From assembly GCA_027036135.1 (NCBI GenBank), contig JALVSY010000007.1, positions 452,880-516,879 on the forward strand: a stretch of 64,000 nucleotides of DNA. Direction: 5' to 3'. The notes under the pieces are model-generated. The model had not been told where the DNA came from, made no database searches, and saw only the letters and a program-made list of their open reading frames with translations. A program made the position numbers and the translations under genes. The DNA is from Pyrodictiaceae archaeon. Lineage in GTDB: Archaea > Thermoproteota > Thermoprotei_A > Sulfolobales > Pyrodictiaceae. Positions 40,339 through 48,859 of the stretch are shown piece after piece (position 1 is the stretch's first letter; each line of letters opens with the position of its first letter).

Positions 40339-40590
40339 TTGAGAATACGGTTTACGCGGCATGCACGCGAGAAGATGCAGCTGCTAGCCAGGTACGGCTT
40401 CCACGTCACCGAGGACATGGTGGTTGAGACTATCCGGAGCCCAGCACGTGTAGATCTTAGAGGCGAACAGTTCTTAGCGATCCGGCCAATAGATGGGAAA
40501 TATGCTCTGCGCGTTGTCTACGAGACTCGGGGAAGCGAGATAGTGGTCATAACACTATACCCTGTGCGGAGGGATCGATATGGTGTCTAG
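40339..40590 (+). CDS. DUF4258-family protein (putative toxin), second pair
   Basis: IRFTRHAREKM...LRVVYE...VVITLYP. Confidence 0.85.
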   Translation: MRIRFTRHAREKMQLLARYGFHVTEDMVVETIRSPARVDLRGEQFLAIRPIDGKYALRVVYETRGSEIVVITLYPVRRDRYGV

Positions 40591-40807
40591 GCCTACGCGG
40601 ATAGTGAGATACGATCCCGACGCGGACGCCCTGATAATAATCCTACGGCCCCGGGGAAGGCTCAGCTACGCCGAAGAGGAGGACAGTATAGTAATCCACT
40701 ACGACGAGGAAGGCAGGGTACTAGCGATAGAAATACTTGAAGCAAGCAAGATAATTCCTAGGCTAGTAGAGGCACTAGCTAAGAGACAAGCAGCAATACC
40801 GGCATAA
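40580..40807 (+). CDS. DUF2283-family protein, second pair
   Basis: YDPDADAL..., YDEEGRVLAIEILEAS. Confidence 0.88.
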   Translation: MVSRPTRIVRYDPDADALIIILRPRGRLSYAEEEDSIVIHYDEEGRVLAIEILEASKIIPRLVEALAKRQAAIPA

Positions 40808-40887
40808 ACGCTCCTAGAACATGTACGAGACCGATACCTTACCGCGGGGCATAGTAGTAACCAGGGTAGTTTGTGAACTAGCTTCAG

Positions 40888-41487
40888 GTGATCCGTTTGT
40901 CCAAGGACCTCGCCGAGCTACTTGACAAGCCGCTGCCTAGGCCGAGGAGAGATATGTTAGGTTATGCTGCAGCGCGTGTCCTGGAGGCCTTGCTGGAGGC
41001 CCTCATAGCGCTGCGCTTCCTCGAAGAAGGATTAACCAGGAACTCTGCTGGCAAGGCCTTCCTAGCCTGGAGGGCTTTGACGGGGGCACTACTGGCCCTG
41101 GAGAGGGACAGGGTACTTGGGAGACTAGTTGGCGTGGAGCAGAGGAAATGGCTGCTAGAGAGAGCAGTACCCAGGGTGCCGAGTAGCAGGCTCCATGCCC
41201 TAGGCCAGCTACTAGAGGATTCCGGGATTACTGGCTTCTCCGCGTACACAGCTATAGCGCTCCTACTACATGACTACCAGTACCACGGCCCAGACCCCGC
41301 TGGAGAGCTAAGCAAGTATACCACACGGGAAGAAGCAGCAAGAGACATACTCTACCTCCTAGACAAGCTCGTAGAGACCGTGGAGAATCTAAAGCCCCGA
41401 CTAAAAGAAGCTAAGAAATGGACCCAGGACCACGAAGAAGCACTACAAAAACTCCAAGAAAGACTCCGCAAGGCCCAGCAACACTAG
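40888..41487 (+). CDS. PaREP1-family (HEPN-like) protein
   Basis: LEALLEA..A..FLEEGLTRNSAGKAF.AW, LH.YQYHGPDP..ELSKY. Confidence 0.8.
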   Translation: MIRLSKDLAELLDKPLPRPRRDMLGYAAARVLEALLEALIALRFLEEGLTRNSAGKAFLAWRALTGALLALERDRVLGRLVGVEQRKWLLERAVPRVPSSRLHALGQLLEDSGITGFSAYTAIALLLHDYQYHGPDPAGELSKYTTREEAARDILYLLDKLVETVENLKPRLKEAKKWTQDHEEALQKLQERLRKAQQH

Positions 41488-41741
41488 AGAGAACAGAGGA
41501 TCATCAAAGCGGGGGGAACTAAGAGACAATAGAGCTAGCTCTACAGGGCTTGCCGAGAACCTTGGAACAAGAAAGAGCTGAGAGCGGTTCCTCAAGGCTC
41601 CCCAGAGGGTTCGGCGAGGCATTGACTAGCATAGAGGCTGGAGGTTGAGTGACTACTGTGAACCCAGGGCCCGGGGGTAAGCCATGTCTGCCGTAGCTAT
41701 GCTTATCCCTGTCCTCGCCCTAGTAGTATCTTTGTTGGGGT

Positions 41742-42374
41742 TTGCTGGTAGTGTCCCTGGTTGATAAGCTGTTGGAGGAGCTTCGGGGGAGCCGGGAGAA
41801 GGCCCGGGAGCTAGGGGAGCTCCTCGCCGAGGAAACTGCTAGCGCTGTGGTAGAGGAGCTGCTCCGGAGCCGCAGGCTGCGCCGAGAACTACTCCTAGTA
41901 GTCGCCAAGGAGGCAGCGACAAAGGATGATATAGAGAAGCTGGAAGAGAGGCTGGCAAGGATAGAGCAGGGGATGGTGACCAAGGAGGAGCTACGCGGGG
42001 AGGTAAATAGGCTAGAGGAGAGGATAAGCGGCTTAGAGCAGAAAATAGCAGAGCTAGCAACGAGAGAGGAGCTAGAGAAGCTGAGGCAAGAGGTACAAAG
42101 CCTAGCAAGGAGAGATGAACTGGAGAAGCTGAGACAAGAGATGAAGAGTCTTGCTACCCGGGAGGAGCTTTACCAGCTGAGGGAGGAGCTGCGCGGGGAG
42201 GTAAAGAGGCTGGAGGAGAGAATAGACAGGCTAGAGGAGAGGATAGACCGTGTATACGATGGCCTAAACCAGCGCCTCGACGCCCTGACAAGGTGGATGA
42301 TAGGGCTACTAGCAACCATCTGGGGCACGATAGTAGTGGCGGCGATAGCAGCGCTCAAGATACTGGCGCACTAG
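41742..42374 (+). CDS. Coiled-coil protein with C-terminal membrane anchor (DUF1640/CCDC90-like architecture)
   Basis: ATKDD/VTKEE/ATREE motifs, heptads, C-terminal WMIGLLATIWGTIVVAAIAAL. Confidence 0.8.
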   Translation: MLVVSLVDKLLEELRGSREKARELGELLAEETASAVVEELLRSRRLRRELLLVVAKEAATKDDIEKLEERLARIEQGMVTKEELRGEVNRLEERISGLEQKIAELATREELEKLRQEVQSLARRDELEKLRQEMKSLATREELYQLREELRGEVKRLEERIDRLEERIDRVYDGLNQRLDALTRWMIGLLATIWGTIVVAAIAALKILAH

Positions 42375-42451
42375 GCCCTCCAAGGAGAGCCCCAGGGGTT
42401 GCCCGATCCCTGTTCCACTACAGCCTAGGCACGCTACTAGCCAAGGCCCAG

Positions 42452-42540
42452 GGGTTCACCAGTACACAGTCACTTGGTTGGGTACTTGCTTAGGCAGGGA
42501 GCCAGAGTAGTAGGTATCGATGATTTCTCCGCGGGTAGGT
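42452..42540 (+). pseudogene. N-terminal remnant of an NAD-dependent epimerase/dehydratase
   Basis: From 42468 reads SHLVGYLLRQGARVVGIDDFSAGR, preceded by an out-of-frame GF. Confidence 0.65.
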
Positions 42541-42630
42541 GTGGAGCCTGGGTTACTGGTTCCTGGGCTTTCTCGGCGAGGACATGTCTATATAGCTCTC
42601 CTCATTAGGTGTGTCTGGGCCTAGTGTAGG

Positions 42631-43479
42631 GTGAGTGGTACGGGGCAACAACTAGTAGCCGCCGGCTCCGATAACGCTAGCATGGCTAGGGCTACACGAT
42701 ACTCGCTCAGCGCTAGTGGTCTCTACAAGGGGTTGTGGCACCGGGCTGTTGCCCGGCTTGGCTGTGTCAGTGTGGTTCTCCCGGTTTATCGCGGGGGCGA
42801 GGTTGCCAGGTTCACGGCTAGCCTCGTCTCATTGGTGCTCGAGGAGACCGGTATCCCTGGGTACGAGGTAATAGTTGTTGATGATGGTAGCCCCGATAAT
42901 GGGCATACCTTCCGCGCAGCGGCAGGGGCATACATCGGGCCTCGTGGTAGGCTCCTCGTGCTCCGCTACGAGAGGAACAGGGGCAAGGGCTTCGCCCTAG
43001 CAACCGGTGCCTGGCACTCTACTTGTCCCTATGTAGCGTTCCTCGACGGCGACGGTGATATTGATCCACGCCAGCTCCTCTACGTTCTCGCACCGCTCCA
43101 CCGCTACGACGCGGTGGTCACTTCCAAGTGGCACCCCGAGTCAAGAACCAGTGCCTCGAGGCTCCGCCGCCTACTCAGCAACGGGTTCCGCTCCCTCGTA
43201 TGGCTCCTCACAGGGTTGAGACTCCACGACACACAGACCGGGGCAAAAGCGTTCCGCAGAGACCTCCTCATCGAGGCGCTGCGCAGGATCCACAGCAGGC
43301 GCTACGTATTCGACGTAGAGCTCCTAGCAACACTCAGCTCCCTCGGAGCCCGCATCCTAGAGGTGCCGAGCCTAGCCCCCCTAAGCCTCCACGGGCGCCA
43401 GCGCCCGAGAATAATCATGGAGATGCTCCTAGAGCTAGCAGCCACAGCCTACCGGCAGAGGAACCCCGTCGAGCAGTGA
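42631..43479 (+). CDS. GT2 glycosyltransferase (polyprenol-phosphate glycosyltransferase-like)
   Basis: VIVVDDGSPD, NRGKG, DGDGD, DTQTGAK, FDVELL. Confidence 0.92.
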   Translation: MSGTGQQLVAAGSDNASMARATRYSLSASGLYKGLWHRAVARLGCVSVVLPVYRGGEVARFTASLVSLVLEETGIPGYEVIVVDDGSPDNGHTFRAAAGAYIGPRGRLLVLRYERNRGKGFALATGAWHSTCPYVAFLDGDGDIDPRQLLYVLAPLHRYDAVVTSKWHPESRTSASRLRRLLSNGFRSLVWLLTGLRLHDTQTGAKAFRRDLLIEALRRIHSRRYVFDVELLATLSSLGARILEVPSLAPLSLHGRQRPRIIMEMLLELAATAYRQRNPVEQ

Positions 43480-43727
43480 CTCGGATCCTAGGCCTCCACG
43501 ACTTAGCCAAGAGAGCCCCCGGAGACAGCTAGGCGCCTGGGAGAGACTAGAGACTTAGTCTACGTGGAGGTGTGGCACGCCTCGAGGAGAGGCCTTCTAA
43601 AAACACTAGCAGCCCTAGCAAGGAAGAAAGCAGCCAAGCAGTGCTTGATACCGCCATCCCCCTTAATAGGGCTTAGAGCTATAGAAGAGGAAACTAGGCT
43701 AGTAAAGGAATACGGGGTTCCGGGATA

Positions 43728-45167
43728 GTGCCTTCTAGTGGGCCAGCAGCAAAGGTATTAATTACGAGTATAACGGTGGAAAATTTTAAGAGCATACAGA
43801 GGCTTGATCTCAAGCTAAAGCCTGGCCTTAATGTACTTGTAGGGCCTAATGGTAGTGGTAAGAGCAATATTCTAGAAGCATTGTATTTTCTCCGTAAGGC
43901 GCTTGTAGACGAGGTGAACAAGGCACCGTATATGCCCCATGTCCCTGATTACTGGTCACCGCTCGACCTTCTCTATAACCGTGATCCTGCAGCAAGGCTT
44001 ACATACCGTATCAAGATGCTTTATCGTTACCGCTCAAGGCGGGGGGTTCACGAGACTCCCTTAGAGCTACGCGTGGTCTTCGCGGTGACGCGGGGCATCT
44101 CGTCCATCGAGCCGGTGGAGATAGCGCTAAGCTATGGGGACAGTGATACAGTGACAGTGTTTCGCCCGGAAGAGGTGGAGGTACACATCCGTAGTAGCCT
44201 GGCCGACATGTTGCTGGAGAGGCTCAGGAAGAGAGAGCTATTCGTGCCTACCTTTCTGAAAGAGAAGCTGGAGGCTGAGCTGAGGAAAGCACTCAGAGAG
44301 AGCAGAGAATATGCTATCCTAAAAACGCCTAGTGCTTATGCCCCGCTTGATATTATTAGGCTCAGCCGTGTGCGCGGCGCCTGGGCCGAATTCCATGAGG
44401 TGAGGGGAGAGCGGGACGTAGTGCTTGGGGTTATGTTGTCGCCGCTCTTGGTTCCAGTAGCTTATCGTGTGAAGGCGGTGAGCAGTGAGGAGTTCAAAGG
44501 ATACCCTTTGTCGGCCGGCATTAAATTCAAGTTATCATTGAGCACCGTCTTAGGAGTCTTATCTGGCATGATTCTCTTGAAGCATCCTGACGTGGGTAGG
44601 CTTCGTGAGCCCCAGCCGCTCAGGGAGACCAGTAGGCTTGATACAAGGGCCTCTAATCTCGCCGCCGTCCTCTACGCCATCACGGGTAGGAGGGGTGGGC
44701 TCCCCGAGCGTTTCACACACGCTCTCTCGAGGCTGTTTCCCGGTACCCGTTTAAGGTTTGAGACGCTTTATGGCAGGGTGGCTCTCTATGTTGAGGAGGA
44801 TGGTCTCGAGCTCCCGCCGCCAAATATCCCGGATGGCTTGTTTAAGCTTCTCTCGATACTCGCTGCTGTTGAGCTAGGCCCCTCCTTGTTGCTCATAGAC
44901 GAGATAGAGAATAGTATGCATCGCTCCATGATAGAGTATGTTGTTGATACTCTTGATAGCCTCGAGGTACCGGTGCTCGTGGCTACTCACTCTCCTATAG
45001 TAGTGGATCTCGCTGGGCCAGAGAAGACATTGGTTACGGTAAAGGAGCCCGGCAAAGGCACCGCGGTAGAGGCCTTCAGTAGCCCCCGGGAGCTCCTCAG
45101 GAGACTCGATGAGCTAGGAGTAGCTTTCAGCGACTACATATTCCACAAGACATCGATCAAAACCTAG
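43728..45167 (+). CDS. ABC-type (AAA_15/AAA_21) ATPase
   Basis: ENFKSI, GPNGSGKSN, degenerate signature IPDG, LLLIDEIENSMH, ATHSP. Confidence 0.9.
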   Translation: MPSSGPAAKVLITSITVENFKSIQRLDLKLKPGLNVLVGPNGSGKSNILEALYFLRKALVDEVNKAPYMPHVPDYWSPLDLLYNRDPAARLTYRIKMLYRYRSRRGVHETPLELRVVFAVTRGISSIEPVEIALSYGDSDTVTVFRPEEVEVHIRSSLADMLLERLRKRELFVPTFLKEKLEAELRKALRESREYAILKTPSAYAPLDIIRLSRVRGAWAEFHEVRGERDVVLGVMLSPLLVPVAYRVKAVSSEEFKGYPLSAGIKFKLSLSTVLGVLSGMILLKHPDVGRLREPQPLRETSRLDTRASNLAAVLYAITGRRGGLPERFTHALSRLFPGTRLRFETLYGRVALYVEEDGLELPPPNIPDGLFKLLSILAAVELGPSLLLIDEIENSMHRSMIEYVVDTLDSLEVPVLVATHSPIVVDLAGPEKTLVTVKEPGKGTAVEAFSSPRELLRRLDELGVAFSDYIFHKTSIKT

Positions 45168-45169
45168 CC

Positions 45170-45727
45170 ATGACGCGGCATCCTAGGCTGGTGCTGGTAG
45201 AGGACACGTACGGCGTCGATTTCCATAGGAGGCTCATAGAGAAGCTGAGACAAGCTAACCTGGTTCAGTTCTCTACAAGCATGCCGAGGGTCGAGAGGCT
45301 ACCAGCAAGGGAATGCAACCCCAAAATCACGAGGAGCGTCAAGGCACTAATAGCCGCCAGCTACGGGGCATCCAGGAAGACCCTTGAGAAGACAAAGATA
45401 GTGGTAGTTGTGGACCAGGAGAACCTCAGCCCCGCCGAGGCCAGGGAGCGAGTAGCGATACACTTTGAGAAGGACAGTGCTCTAAAAGGGAAGGCAAGGA
45501 TAGTAATAGTAGCGCCGAGGCACGGGGCATGGCTCTGCATAGGCCTAGACCCCCGCCACTGTAGGAAAAACCCCGAAGACGCTATAGTGCGCGCGAGGAG
45601 CCTCAAAGCCTACGAGAAGCACCACCTAGCACGCCTAGCAGACCAAATAGACCCAACGCGACTACGAGGACAACCAGACTTCAACGAGTACCTAGAAGCC
45701 CTCCAATGGCTAGAGAAGGACCCCTAG
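45170..45727 (+). CDS. TOPRIM-like (RloB/DUF4276-like) partner protein
   Basis: LVLVED, VVVVDQE, HGAWL (EAWL-like), Y.K near the C-terminus; starts 2 nt after the ATPase stop. Confidence 0.6.
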   Translation: MTRHPRLVLVEDTYGVDFHRRLIEKLRQANLVQFSTSMPRVERLPARECNPKITRSVKALIAASYGASRKTLEKTKIVVVVDQENLSPAEARERVAIHFEKDSALKGKARIVIVAPRHGAWLCIGLDPRHCRKNPEDAIVRARSLKAYEKHHLARLADQIDPTRLRGQPDFNEYLEALQWLEKDP

Positions 45728-45908
45728 CAGCCAAATAGCTTGACACAGACTCCTCGGGGACCTGGAAAAGTAAGAGGAAAACCAGGCCACGATGAGGCCC
45801 GGGCTTCATAAAAAGCTTCTCCTGTAGCTACAGAAGCCACCAGGGGAGGATACTGGGTAGCACGGCTCCTAGCAAGCCATGATTTCCTAGGCCCTCCCTA
45901 AGGAGGGT

Positions 45909-47072
45909 GTGAGGCAATGCTCTGCTAGTCTAGCCTTGGGTCTCCGCATCCTCTGGCTCAACTGGAGGGATATTAAGCACCCGTTGGCTGGCGGGGCCGA
46001 GGTCTATACCCACGAGGTCGCTAGGCGCTTAGCGGCTATGGGGCACGAGGTCGTACTGGTGACTAGCCGGGCCCCGGGGCTCCCCGCCGAGGAGGAGATA
46101 GATGGCTACCACGTTGTTAGGGCCGGGGGCAGGCTCAGCGTCTACTACCACGCTTACCGCCTCTACCGCAAAACCCGGAGCGCTTGGCGACCCGACGTGG
46201 TGATCGACGAGATCAATACCCTGCCGTTCCTCACCCCGCTCTACGCCCGGGAGCCCATAGTGGTGCTCATCCACCAACTATGCCGAGACTGCTGGCGCTA
46301 CGCCATTCACCCCCTCGCGCAGCCCCCGGGCTGGCTACTCGAGAAAACCCTTCACAGGGTATACACCAGGGCGGCCAAGAAGGGCAAGATACGAGCAGTG
46401 GTAACGGTCTCAGAGAGCACCAAGAGGGACCTAGTAGAGCTAGGCTACCCCGAGCACCTAGTAACCATTGCCTACAACGGCCTAGACTGGGACAGGTACC
46501 GCGAATGCCCAAGCCTAGCAAAGGAGAAAGAAGACCTAGTAGTCTACGTGGGCAGAATAACCCCTTACAAGAGGCTTCAAGACCTCCTAAAAGCATGGAG
46601 CCTAGTAGAAAAAGAGCACCCCGGCCCGAGACTAGTAATAGCAGGGAGACCCGACCACAAATACCTAGAAAGGCTAAAGAGACTAGCAAACAGGCTAGGG
46701 CTAAGAAGAGCAGAGATCCGCGCCAACATAAGCCACGAGGAAAAACTCCAGCTACTAGCACGCGCCAAGACCCTAGTCTACACATCGACCCGGGAAGGAT
46801 GGGGCCAAACAATACTAGAAGCAGCAGCCTGCCAAACCCCAGCAATAGCCTACAACGTCCCCGGGCTAAGAGACGCAGTCAAGCACATGGAGACCGGGAT
46901 ACTAGTAGAGCCGGGAAACACAGAGCAACTAGCCAATGCGATAAAACTACTATTAATCGATGAGGCTCTGAGGAGAGAGTTGTCCGAGAAAGCGCTCCAG
47001 TACGTGAAGAGGTTTAGCTGGGAGTCCACGGCAATGGTTTTCTATAAGGCGCTCCGGAAGTGTACCGGGTAG
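45909..47072 (+). CDS. GT4 glycosyltransferase
   Basis: NWRDIKHPLAGGAE, VGRITPYK, EGWGQTILEAAAC. Confidence 0.93.
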   Translation: MRQCSASLALGLRILWLNWRDIKHPLAGGAEVYTHEVARRLAAMGHEVVLVTSRAPGLPAEEEIDGYHVVRAGGRLSVYYHAYRLYRKTRSAWRPDVVIDEINTLPFLTPLYAREPIVVLIHQLCRDCWRYAIHPLAQPPGWLLEKTLHRVYTRAAKKGKIRAVVTVSESTKRDLVELGYPEHLVTIAYNGLDWDRYRECPSLAKEKEDLVVYVGRITPYKRLQDLLKAWSLVEKEHPGPRLVIAGRPDHKYLERLKRLANRLGLRRAEIRANISHEEKLQLLARAKTLVYTSTREGWGQTILEAAACQTPAIAYNVPGLRDAVKHMETGILVEPGNTEQLANAIKLLLIDEALRRELSEKALQYVKRFSWESTAMVFYKALRKCTG

Positions 47073-47088
47073 TGCTAGGTAGCTGGGC

Positions 47089-48126
47089 TTGAGGAGGGTA
47101 AGGCTCAAGTTCGTTGGTGGCCTTGAGATAGAATTCGTGGATAGGGATAAAGCCATTGAGCAGATTAACGAGATTGCTGAGAGGGGTACCTACCCCGTTT
47201 ATGTAGTCTATGGCCCGGAGGGTTGTGGGAAGACAGCGTTATTTAAGCAAGCAAGAGAAATACTCGAGGAGCACAACTATAACGTTATCTATGCTAACCC
47301 GCTCGCGGAGGATAGGGAGGAGCTCCTAGACTATACCCCGGCGATAAGAGACCTTGTCAGGGAGGTGTTGAGGTCCTTCCCGGATCCCTATTCGAGGATA
47401 ATCGATGCCGCTATCAACATTGCTAGCCAGGTAGTGAAGAGGATGAGAAAGCCCAGGGTCGCGGTTCTCATGGATGATGTGTTCCAAGCCGTGGGCCTCG
47501 ACAACGCCGAGAAGTATGTAAAAACGCTGCTCAACTTGATCGAGCACCCTCCCGGCGACTATGAAAACATCGTAGTAATTGTCTCCTCGAGCGAGGGAAT
47601 AACGAGGAAAAGGATTGGGAGGCATAGCTGGGCAACTCTTCGCATCCTCTGGAACATGAGCAGAAAGGGCTTTAGGGAGCTCTATGACAAGCTACCCGGC
47701 ACTAAACCCCGCTTCAGGGACGCCTGGAGAGCCACTGGGGGCAACCCCAGATACCTAGGACTACTCTACAGGGCTAACTGGGACACCGAGTCCCTGGTAA
47801 AGGACATAGTAGAGAGTAAAGATCTCGAAGAACTTGTAAAGGGCCTAAACCCCCTAGAGACCAGGATACTCCAAGAGAGCCTTGAGGACCCCGACACGCT
47901 GTTCGAGAAATACCCGGAGACCAAGACGCTCATCGACAAGCTTGTTGAGAGGAACCTAGTAATAAGGCTCTGGGATAGGAACGAGTGGCTCTGGATTGAT
48001 ACCCCGCCACCAGAGAAGGACCCCGGCCTAGGCATAGGTAGGCACTACGCCTGGCAGACACCGCTGCACCGAGAAGCGGTCAGGAAAGCCCTAGAAACAC
48101 TCCACGGACAAGGAACCAGCCCCTAG
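47089..48126 (+). CDS. Archaeal ATPase, copy 2 (paralog of 38297)
   Basis: FVDRD, YGPEGCGKT, SSSEG, GGNPR; identical C-terminal 35-aa block. Confidence 0.9.
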   Translation: MRRVRLKFVGGLEIEFVDRDKAIEQINEIAERGTYPVYVVYGPEGCGKTALFKQAREILEEHNYNVIYANPLAEDREELLDYTPAIRDLVREVLRSFPDPYSRIIDAAINIASQVVKRMRKPRVAVLMDDVFQAVGLDNAEKYVKTLLNLIEHPPGDYENIVVIVSSSEGITRKRIGRHSWATLRILWNMSRKGFRELYDKLPGTKPRFRDAWRATGGNPRYLGLLYRANWDTESLVKDIVESKDLEELVKGLNPLETRILQESLEDPDTLFEKYPETKTLIDKLVERNLVIRLWDRNEWLWIDTPPPEKDPGLGIGRHYAWQTPLHREAVRKALETLHGQGTSP

Positions 48127-48420
48127 CCAAGAAGCATACAAATCAGCTAGCCCCCGGTCAAGACGAACCAGGTACACCTACACACACCCAGCACTCCATC
48201 CAAAAGGCTAAGACACAGCCCCAGCACGCAGAGAACAGAGTACCAACAGAGCCTAGGCGCACACCCAGGGCACCACGACCAAGACTCTCACAAGCCATTC
48301 TACGCGACACAAGCTCCGCGAGCTCAAGAGAGCCCCCGGTGAACACATAAAACCCCGAACCTCAGAGCCGCCACTAACGGCAACCTTAGCCAGCCAACGA
48401 GAGAGGGCCCAGCCGGAGCC

Positions 48421-48852
48421 ATGACACTATTAGCTGTTGCTTTAGAGAGGCTAGGATCACTATACACTGAGGCGTCGGAGGAGGCGCTACGCCTAGCCGA
48501 GGATATCCTGGCCCCGGCTGGGCCCATACCCCGTAAGACTATTCGTGGTCTCCTGGGCCGCGCTCTCCGCAACGGAGCCTGGAAAACTCTACCACGGGAG
48601 ACCCGGGCCCTCCTCCTAGCGGCTGCTCGCAGCCCTGTACGGGTCTATCGCTCACCGCGTTTGCTCGCGTTGCTTCGCCGTGCGTGGCTACTAGTAGAGC
48701 TAGCCACGATGAGAGGCAAAGCAGTGGTGGCTGCACTAACACATCTCCTCGCGAGGGGCGTGGCTCAGGGGCTCTACTCGTTGCTCCGGAGAGGCCTAGA
48801 CAAGCTCATAGCGATAGGGATCCAGGTACTAAACAACCCCTGGCTACGATAA
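48421..48852 (+). CDS. Basic helical hypothetical protein, copy 2
   Basis: Paralog of 36272..36721. Confidence 0.75.
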   Translation: MTLLAVALERLGSLYTEASEEALRLAEDILAPAGPIPRKTIRGLLGRALRNGAWKTLPRETRALLLAAARSPVRVYRSPRLLALLRRAWLLVELATMRGKAVVAALTHLLARGVAQGLYSLLRRGLDKLIAIGIQVLNNPWLR

Positions 48853-48859
48853 TCCGGTC

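Noticed and set aside
41920-42260. CRISPR-like periodic repeats
   Set aside because: Imperfect, in-frame coding repeats of a coiled coil with no spacers.
46184-46963. 259-aa plus-strand and 192-aa minus-strand ORFs inside the GT4 gene
   Set aside because: Shadow frames produced by skewed codon usage; low-complexity translations.
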